The translations under genes and the position numbers were made by a program. Below, one piece after another: positions 57,731 through 64,000 of a stretch of DNA of 64,000 bases. The notes beneath the pieces were generated by a model. That model did no database searches and was not told where the DNA came from. It saw nothing but the letters and a program-made list of their open reading frames with translations. How positions within the stretch are numbered: position 1 is the first letter of the stretch; the number at the start of each line of letters is the position of its first letter. The DNA comes from an uncultured Candidatus Saccharibacteria bacterium (GTDB taxonomy: Bacteria > Patescibacteriota > Minisyncoccia > Phycocordibacterales > UBA9973), in contig CAYOLW010000004.1 in assembly GCA_964404925.1 (NCBI GenBank), forward strand, positions 8,894 through 72,893, in the 5' to 3' direction.

Positions 57731-57794
57731 TGGATGAATACTTTATTTTAGGGTCTTATATGTTTAGCTACTATGGTCCTATAGATTTGTATTA

Positions 57795-58307
57795 TTAACT
57801 ATTTTTATCTTTTAGGTAAGTATCAAAGTATATGGCGTGGCACGTATAGCCACCGGGGTTCTTTTGCAGATAATCCTGATGATATTCCTCGGCTTTGTAG
57901 AATTTAGTAAATGGTTCAAGCGTGGTGACCACAGGCGCCCCCCAGCGGCCGGAGTCATTTACTATTTTTATAAATTTTTCTGCTTGTTCTTTCTCCTCTT
58001 CGTTCTGATAAAATATTGCCGAGCGGTATGCGGTGCCCACGTCATTGCCCTGCCTATTTAGCGTGGTGGGATTATGAATCTGGAAAAAGAAATCCAGTAG
58101 GTGCCAGAAATCCGTCTGCGCCGTATCATATACCACCTCGATAGCCTCGGCATGCCCGGGATGGTGCTCATACGTTGGATTGTCTCCGTCAGCTGACGGA
58201 TCCCCACCCGTATACCCCGCCACGATATCAACTACACCCTTCTGCGTGCGCATCAGGTCCTCAAGCCCCCAGAAACATCCCCCGGCTATGTATGCTTTTT
58301 TGTTCAT
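57795..58307 (-). CDS. msrA: Peptide methionine sulfoxide reductase MsrA
   Basis: GCFWG active-site signature, 170 aa. Confidence 0.92.
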   Translation of the reverse strand: MNKKAYIAGGCFWGLEDLMRTQKGVVDIVAGYTGGDPSADGDNPTYEHHPGHAEAIEVVYDTAQTDFWHLLDFFFQIHNPTTLNRQGNDVGTAYRSAIFYQNEEEKEQAEKFIKIVNDSGRWGAPVVTTLEPFTKFYKAEEYHQDYLQKNPGGYTCHAIYFDTYLKDKNS

Positions 58308-58311
58308 ATAT

Positions 58312-59292
58312 TTATTTCAACATTTGCACAATTAAACCAACCATTAAATCTTTTTTATTTGGATTGCTTTCTGCAATTAGCAGAGTGAGTGCAGTTAAAG
58401 CATTTGGATTGATCTTTGAAGCAGTTTTAATTTTTGCTTTTTTCAAAAACCAAATAAAAGCAAAGGCACCTGAACGCTTGTTACCATCCACAAATGGATG
58501 ATTTTTAACCATGAAATACAATACATGAGCTGCCTTCTCTTCAAGTGTTGGGTATACTTCTTTGTTGCCAAAAGACTGCATAACATTACCAATGATGCCA
58601 TTTATGCTTCCAGACTGACGCTCTTGTGCAAAAATCTCTGATGCTTCACCGCGGGCTATTAGTTCTCCTCGCAACAACGCAATATCACGTAACAATTCTT
58701 CTGATCCTAGATTAATAGCTTTACGAGTAGACCCTATTGGTTTTAGCTTTTCTTTGTCGTATGCATCTAGCGAAATCCATGTACTAGAAAATTCTTTAAT
58801 AAGCTCCAGAATAGCTTTTGGATCGAGTGCGACATGTTCTGGTAAAAGATTCTGTATGGATTCAATGTTTTTTAAAAATTCTTTATAGTTTTTCTGAATT
58901 TGTTTTTTATTCAATACAAATCCTTTCGTCAAAAATTCTTTCAAAACTTTTGTTGCCCAAATACGAAACTGCGTAGCATTTTTTGAATTAACACGATAGC
59001 CAACAGCAATAACCATGTCTAGATTATAGTGATTTACCAAACGCTCAACTTCTCTTTTACCTTCTTTTTGAACTATCCGGATTTTCCGGATAGTTGCTTT
59101 TTCTTGCAACTCTCTGGTTTTGTAAATATTTTTAATGTGTTCGTTTATCGTCCTAACATCCACACCAAAAACTCCAGCAATCTGAATTTGAGTTGCCCAG
59201 ATAGTTTCCTGTTCTTTGTCACCACGCAACTCAATAGCACCACTTTTAGATTGATAAATAACAATATTTGATTTTGTTTCTAACTTCTTCAC
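58312..59292 (-). CDS. RhuM-family N-domain fused to Fic/Doc-family C-domain (Doc-type motif)
   Basis: N-terminal [48 protein letters not shown]...[15 protein letters not shown] matches RhuM. The C-terminus carries [11 protein letters not shown], a Doc/Fic HxFx(D/E)GNxR motif. Confidence 0.72.
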   Translation of the reverse strand: MKKLETKSNIVIYQSKSGAIELRGDKEQETIWATQIQIAGVFGVDVRTINEHIKNIYKTRELQEKATIRKIRIVQKEGKREVERLVNHYNLDMVIAVGYRVNSKNATQFRIWATKVLKEFLTKGFVLNKKQIQKNYKEFLKNIESIQNLLPEHVALDPKAILELIKEFSSTWISLDAYDKEKLKPIGSTRKAINLGSEELLRDIALLRGELIARGEASEIFAQERQSGSINGIIGNVMQSFGNKEVYPTLEEKAAHVLYFMVKNHPFVDGNKRSGAFAFIWFLKKAKIKTASKINPNALTALTLLIAESNPNKKDLMVGLIVQMLK

Positions 59293-59341
59293 AAGTATAT
59301 TTTAACACAACCCAGACTCTTATTAGTCTGTTGTAATTTAA

Positions 59342-59740
59342 TTATTCTGAAGTTCCGCCGTCGAATTCTGGTGCGTCGGCCTCGGCTTCAGACTTGGTGG
59401 CGCGGATTACTCCGTCTTTGTGATGCGGTGGTGCATAGATGGTGTAGAGTTTCAATTTATGCTCCTTGGACGTATTGATAATGTTGTGCTTGGCCCCGGC
59501 CGGCACGATGACGACATCCCCACCGGCAACTGCATGATCCATCCCGTCTATTAACACCATGCCTTCCCCGCTTTCAAATCGGAAAAACTGATCCCCTTCA
59601 TTATGAACCTCAAGCCCTATTTCTTCTCCGGGCAGAAGGGCCATCAAAACCAACTGCATATGCTTGCCAGTATAGAGAACGTGCCTAAAGTTACTATTTT
59701 CCTCTGTGATTTTCTCCAAGTTCTCTTTGTATCCTTTCAT
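59342..59740 (-). CDS. Cupin domain protein
   Basis: 132 aa cupin barrel motifs (GEEIGLEVHNEGDQFFRFESG ... GDVVIVPAGAKHNIIN). Confidence 0.78.
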   Translation of the reverse strand: MKGYKENLEKITEENSNFRHVLYTGKHMQLVLMALLPGEEIGLEVHNEGDQFFRFESGEGMVLIDGMDHAVAGGDVVIVPAGAKHNIINTSKEHKLKLYTIYAPPHHKDGVIRATKSEAEADAPEFDGGTSE

Positions 59741-59790
59741 ATTTTTATTTTGAGTTGATTAATAAGAACTTAATTATACACCTTATTAGG

Positions 59791-60225
59791 CTAACTTTTA
59801 TATACCACAAAATGTGGTAATTCATTCAAGTTAATATAATTAAACATCCAATATTTTCTATCACGACTTTTTATATCTGCTAGGTATTTCTTTAGATTCT
59901 TTTTCGGCACAAAGGGATAGAACCTTATTTCTTGGCGATCAATACCCTTTTCCTTCCACTTGAAATTCGCGATGAGTGGAGGCATTAGGAAGCCAGACTT
60001 TAGGACCTTTTCAACTATTTCCCATCCGGCACCATGTATTTCTTTGACAGTAGGTTTAATCTTGTTTGTTTTAACCTGGGCACGGAAATTGCACCCAACA
60101 CATTGCACATCATACAAAGGATATCCTGTAGGTAGACGCATTAATGCCTTGCCGCAATTAGGACATGGCACCAAGTCCACGACCTCTTGTTCACCCTTAT
60201 CTCCATTTTGTTTGTTTTGAGACAT
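59791..60225 (-). CDS. Zinc-ribbon protein (CPNC-x16-CVGC) with a possible degenerate PD-(D/E)xK-like core; third gene of the Type III R-M operon
   Basis: CPNCGK...CVGC zinc ribbon. A GEQEV ... YD ... QVK arrangement resembles an E / D / (E/Q)xK nuclease core. Its start codon lies 2 nt from the res stop. Confidence 0.45.
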   Translation of the reverse strand: MSQNKQNGDKGEQEVVDLVPCPNCGKALMRLPTGYPLYDVQCVGCNFRAQVKTNKIKPTVKEIHGAGWEIVEKVLKSGFLMPPLIANFKWKEKGIDRQEIRFYPFVPKKNLKKYLADIKSRDRKYWMFNYINLNELPHFVVYKS

Positions 60226-60226
60226 G

Positions 60227-62470
60227 TTAATTTAAGTTTAAAAAATTCCAACTTTTTATATCATTTGGATTATATTCATATTTTTCAGAATTATTGTAGC
60301 GCCAACTTTTATTTTCTCTGATAACAATTCCACCGAACAACTCTTTACCTGTCTTATTTTGCTCTTTGATATACTTTGCCAATCCTTCAGCACGTTCTTT
60401 TGCAGTTTTAGCATAAATACCACCTTTTGTGTCAAAAAGTCCTATTGTGCCATCTTTCATTTGTACAACAAAATCAACATAGAATGGTAAATCAACACCA
60501 TTTTCTACATACGGAACGGCAAAATACGTTGCGTCACTGGCACCGTTTTTAAACCACCAACTAACTTGTTTTACACCTTCAAGGAAATCTATGAAATCCA
60601 ATTCAACACTACTATCTTCTTCAATAATTTTTTGCTGAGGTCCTTTTTCTGCTGTTTTGGCATAGTAAGGTTGTATTGCAGATTTTTTATAATCTTTTTT
60701 CTTGAAAGAAATACTGTAATTAATAACCTCTGGAACATTCCAGGGATCGTCATTTTCAACGAGTTTATTTTTACCTTTACCAATTTTTTCTTGATACAAT
60801 TCTTTTGCACGATTTATAACATCAGTAACAGCTTGCCGATTATCTTCTGCTAAAACAACGGCTTGAATTTCAGGCCATCTATCCTCATCTCTAGAGGCAC
60901 CAAAGAAAGAATACAGAGAACTGTTTATGCGCTTAATTGATCGTGTTTCTGGTGCAAAAGGATCAAGATTGTCGCGAACGAACATGTCGAAAGCATATTG
61001 CAATTCTGATTCATTTTTTGGTAGTGCCAAAGTTCCAGCTCTTTCAATGTCTTTTACTTCTTTATCCGTATCAACAATGCGACCACTCGCAATAAGTTTT
61101 GTATCAACAATACTATGTTTAAAAGAAACTCTTTTTGCCAAATCAAGCTCTTTAGCCGCTTGTTCGAAAATAGGGTAAAAGTCAGACGACAGTCGTGTTT
61201 CTTCACGAAAGCGTTTTGAGTGATGAGAAATAAGATTGATATCTTTGTATGATTCAATTCTTAAACCCTTGTGTACTTTAAAATCAGGCAAAATATCTTG
61301 ATCAATTTTTGTATCAATGTCTGGCAAGCTAGTGTATAGATAAGCTCTGTTTAGCTCGTCATTACCATAATGCCTATGTTCTGGCATACGCATTACACGC
61401 CCTAGTGTTTGAATTGAGAAAGTGATATTTTCATCTGTCCACTGTCGAAATAAAACAAGAATTGTCGCACGAGGGCAATCCCAACCCAACGCAATCGCTT
61501 GTTTAAACAACATAACTTCAACTTCATTTTCAGGTTTTTCGATATTATCAAGATTTATTTTTTCATTACCTGTCAAGTAAATAGCAAGACGAGGATCATC
61601 TTTGACATAGCCAAATTTAGAAAGCATCCGTAATACTTCCTCTTTTTTATCTGGAATACCTTGCCTATTGTCTGGTAGCTGAATAAGTAAAAGTGGATTA
61701 ACTGATGAATTTTCTTTTTTCTCAAGAATTTTTTGCAGCTCATCTCTTTTTTCAATAGCACTTCGCAAAATCAGCTCGTCGGCAGATTCATCGCTCTTTC
61801 TTTTGTCTATTACATAGTTCTCAAAGCCATCATTTACAACAACCTCTTTTTTAATCATTCCTTCTTTTCGAACATCTTCTATCTTTACGGGAATAATATA
61901 ATCACTTTTAATTTGTGGTGTAGCAGAAACTTCAATCGTTACCTTTGGTCCAAGTTTACGAATGATTTCCTGTGATTTGTCACTATTTGCAGTGTGGTGG
62001 CTTTCATCAATTATCAAAATAATTATGCGTCCAGCTTCTTTTGTTCTTGCAACCACTATATCTAAATTGTTATCTCGCTCGTTAGCACGAACTAAAATAT
62101 TGTCTTCTTTATTTATACTTGCCCAATTTAGAAAAAGAATTTCATTTTGTCTGATCTGACGATTCTCAAGATCGTGAAAATAAGAACAACGTAGTCCAAC
62201 ACCTTGTTGATCAAAATACTTTTTCAAACTGTTTCTACTCTGGTCATGAAGTTTATTTACAGCAATCCAAACAAAAGCAAATTTCTTGCCGTCTATACGA
62301 GCATCAATCAAACGACGCAAAAATTCTGCCGTCATCAAGGTTTTCCCCGATCCTGTTGGAGATTTGAAAATAATTACTTCATCGTTTTGAGATTCCAAAA
62401 GCTCGTTAACTTCTGATTTCAACTTGACGATAGCTTTTTCTTGATAGTCTTTAAATTGAATCATAATCAT
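60227..62470 (-). CDS. res: Type III restriction enzyme Res subunit (SF2 helicase plus C-terminal PD-(D/E)xK endonuclease)
   Basis: Walker A FKSPTGSGKTLM, DEAH box IIDESHH, later SF2 helicase blocks, and C-terminal VDFVV...GLFDTKGG (D ... DxK). Confidence 0.78.
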   Translation of the reverse strand: MIMIQFKDYQEKAIVKLKSEVNELLESQNDEVIIFKSPTGSGKTLMTAEFLRRLIDARIDGKKFAFVWIAVNKLHDQSRNSLKKYFDQQGVGLRCSYFHDLENRQIRQNEILFLNWASINKEDNILVRANERDNNLDIVVARTKEAGRIIILIIDESHHTANSDKSQEIIRKLGPKVTIEVSATPQIKSDYIIPVKIEDVRKEGMIKKEVVVNDGFENYVIDKRKSDESADELILRSAIEKRDELQKILEKKENSSVNPLLLIQLPDNRQGIPDKKEEVLRMLSKFGYVKDDPRLAIYLTGNEKINLDNIEKPENEVEVMLFKQAIALGWDCPRATILVLFRQWTDENITFSIQTLGRVMRMPEHRHYGNDELNRAYLYTSLPDIDTKIDQDILPDFKVHKGLRIESYKDINLISHHSKRFREETRLSSDFYPIFEQAAKELDLAKRVSFKHSIVDTKLIASGRIVDTDKEVKDIERAGTLALPKNESELQYAFDMFVRDNLDPFAPETRSIKRINSSLYSFFGASRDEDRWPEIQAVVLAEDNRQAVTDVINRAKELYQEKIGKGKNKLVENDDPWNVPEVINYSISFKKKDYKKSAIQPYYAKTAEKGPQQKIIEEDSSVELDFIDFLEGVKQVSWWFKNGASDATYFAVPYVENGVDLPFYVDFVVQMKDGTIGLFDTKGGIYAKTAKERAEGLAKYIKEQNKTGKELFGGIVIRENKSWRYNNSEKYEYNPNDIKSWNFLNLN

Positions 62471-64000
62471 GATCTAAAAATTTCCTGATATACCTTCAAA
62501 ATTATTTCGGGTATTGCTTGTAGTACGACTTTGTCCGCAACGTCAGCAAATTGCGCCGCGTGTGGATCATCCCCAAGCGAAAACACATAAGTATTTATTT
62601 TTGCATCAATTTTTTTGATTGCTTTCTTATATTCATCAATCGCATCTTCATAGAAGATAATTCCAAGATATCTTTCATCATAGCTTTTTAAAATTTTGTA
62701 GTCATCATTTTCAATGATATGATCATAGATACCTTCCTTAATACAAAGCATCTCGGTACATTTGTTGACCAACTTGTGTTTGTTTTTGTCTGACGGCTCT
62801 GATTCTACAAAATCATAAGCGGTAAAATATTTTAGGTTTCCTCCAAGGCCTTCAATTTTCTCGCCTTTACTATTTTTGTAACCCTTCATCACTTTCTGAA
62901 GTCGTGGTTGGCAAACTTCCGTTGCAATATTGTTTTCATTATTTGTACAAAGAATAAATTTGCGGTGCCCACCATCTTCCTTATTCAAATCTAGAACCGC
63001 ATGTCCTGTTGTGCCCGATCCAGCCATAAAATCGAGAATTTTTATATCGTTACCTTGATTGGTTATTTTAATTAACCATTTTATTAGATTCTTGGGTTTA
63101 GCAAATTGAAAATCTATATCAAGTTCTTTCAATTCACGGGAGCTACTTCTGTTCTCAAATTCTGTCAGAAAATTAGTTGGTACACGCCCGTCATCTGCTC
63201 TATCTTCTAACCAAATTTTTGTATATATATTCCACTTAGATTTATTGCCCTTTTCATCAACAAGAGATGATGTTTTTGTTTTTTTGAATACAATATTTCC
63301 TTTTTCTAATTCGTCTTTATATCTTGGGAAAATCCATCTCCAAACCCCATCGTTTTTGTCTGGCTTTGTTTTCTCACCAGCAATATTTTTTTTGGGAAAT
63401 GTTTCTCCAGGCGGAATAACAAATGAACCATCAGGGCATTCTATCCAATATCTTTGATTAGGTCTTGAGTCGAGTCCTGCTTGATATAAACCCATTTCTC
63501 GGTATCTTTGACCTTTACGTTCTCCCTCTTTCTCTATTCGAGAATAAATTTTATCAATATAGTCATCCTCAAGGGGTAATCTAAATTCCTTCAATTTTTC
63601 AATTTCTTTTGCATACACGAGCACATAGTCAATGTTTGGTGAAAAATATCTTCCTTTGTTTCCACCACTTTTCATCAATCTCGATACATTTGTTATAAAA
63701 TTCTTTTCTTCAAAAATTTCATCGCAAAGAAGCTTGAGGGGGGCAAGTTCATTATGGTCAATGCTAATAAAAATAACGCCTGTATCTTTTAGTAAATTCC
63801 GTGCCAACAAAATTCGTTTCTCCATGAACGAAAGCCATTTACTGTGTTTAAATGGATCGTCTTTGTCTACATAATCACTTTTGAAAGAATCTGTATATTT
63901 AAAATCTTTATTCCCAGTATTATAAGGAGGATCAATATAAATAACATCAATGACTTCTTGGTGTGTGAAATTTAAGACCGCAAGCGAGTGATAATTATCA
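62467..64000 (-). CDS. mod: Type III R-M Mod subunit (N6-adenine DNA methyltransferase), 5' end truncated by the window edge
   Basis: Reading upstream of the track ORF in frame gives VIYIDPPYNTGNKDFKY (motif IV DPPY). FMAGSGTTGHAV (motif I) lies near the C-terminus, the order typical of Mod. Overlaps the res start. Confidence 0.8.
   Translation of the reverse strand, partial: DNYHSLAVLNFTHQEVIDVIYIDPPYNTGNKDFKYTDSFKSDYVDKDDPFKHSKWLSFMEKRILLARNLLKDTGVIFISIDHNELAPLKLLCDEIFEEKNFITNVSRLMKSGGNKGRYFSPNIDYVLVYAKEIEKLKEFRLPLEDDYIDKIYSRIEKEGERKGQRYREMGLYQAGLDSRPNQRYWIECPDGSFVIPPGETFPKKNIAGEKTKPDKNDGVWRWIFPRYKDELEKGNIVFKKTKTSSLVDEKGNKSKWNIYTKIWLEDRADDGRVPTNFLTEFENRSSSRELKELDIDFQFAKPKNLIKWLIKITNQGNDIKILDFMAGSGTTGHAVLDLNKEDGGHRKFILCTNNENNIATEVCQPRLQKVMKGYKNSKGEKIEGLGGNLKYFTAYDFVESEPSDKNKHKLVNKCTEMLCIKEGIYDHIIENDDYKILKSYDERYLGIIFYEDAIDEYKKAIKKIDAKINTYVFSLGDDPHAAQFADVADKVVLQAIPEIILKVYQEIFRS

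Noticed and set aside
1-64000. CRISPR arrays, rRNA, transposases/integrases, group I/II introns
   Set aside because: I found no spacer-repeat periodicity, rRNA signatures, or transposase or integrase motifs anywhere. The accessory-like right end therefore cannot be delimited as a mobile element from this window alone.

Overview
This is a low-GC bacterial chromosomal segment, dense with genes. Several housekeeping proteins are domain-reduced: PriA-like without Walker A, a short HolB, and AspRS without the GAD insertion. Those reductions suggest a small-genome lineage such as Patescibacteria/CPR, but that is inference only. I call about 60 protein genes, one tRNA-Gln(UUG) and several rho-independent terminators.

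Core content, in order:
- Replication and morphogenesis: partial priA-like, mreB, holB-like, frr, rseP, cysS, AI-2E transporter, rplU, recR, dnaB, trpS.
- An unknown 456-aa orphan plus an M19 dipeptidase, then aspS and a pterin dehydratase.
- A minus-strand cluster of two carboxylate-amine ligases (GCS2-like and ATP-grasp), three metallopeptidases (M20, AstE/AspA-like, PepN) and a YerC/TrpR-like regulator.
- scpAB, a PBP5-like carboxypeptidase, PBP2, a CAP-domain protein, ctpA, rplI, rpmA, an M23 peptidase, gltX, a CsaA-like tRNA-binding protein, murG-ftsW-mraY.
- nrdB carrying an N-terminal ATP-cone, followed by nrdA lacking one.
- An ECF sigma / anti-sigma / RsiV-like / CcdA / thioredoxin envelope-redox cluster.

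The right third is accessory-like:
- A PD-(D/E)xK nuclease (possibly Shedu/DUF4263-like) and a membrane protein next to tRNA-Gln.
- An ABC exporter and an ArsR gene flanked by a duplicated operator with a 10-bp palindromic core, the downstream copy extended into a 38-bp near-palindrome, in front of a membrane/sulfur operon.
- MsrA, a RhuM-Doc/Fic fusion and a cupin.
- A Type III R-M operon (mod 5'-truncated by the window end, then res) tightly coupled to an extra zinc-ribbon gene.

The most plausible candidates for an undescribed system are the ligase/peptidase cluster, the nuclease-plus-membrane pair at the tRNA, and the zinc-ribbon third gene of the Type III R-M operon. I found no CRISPR array, rRNA or transposase.
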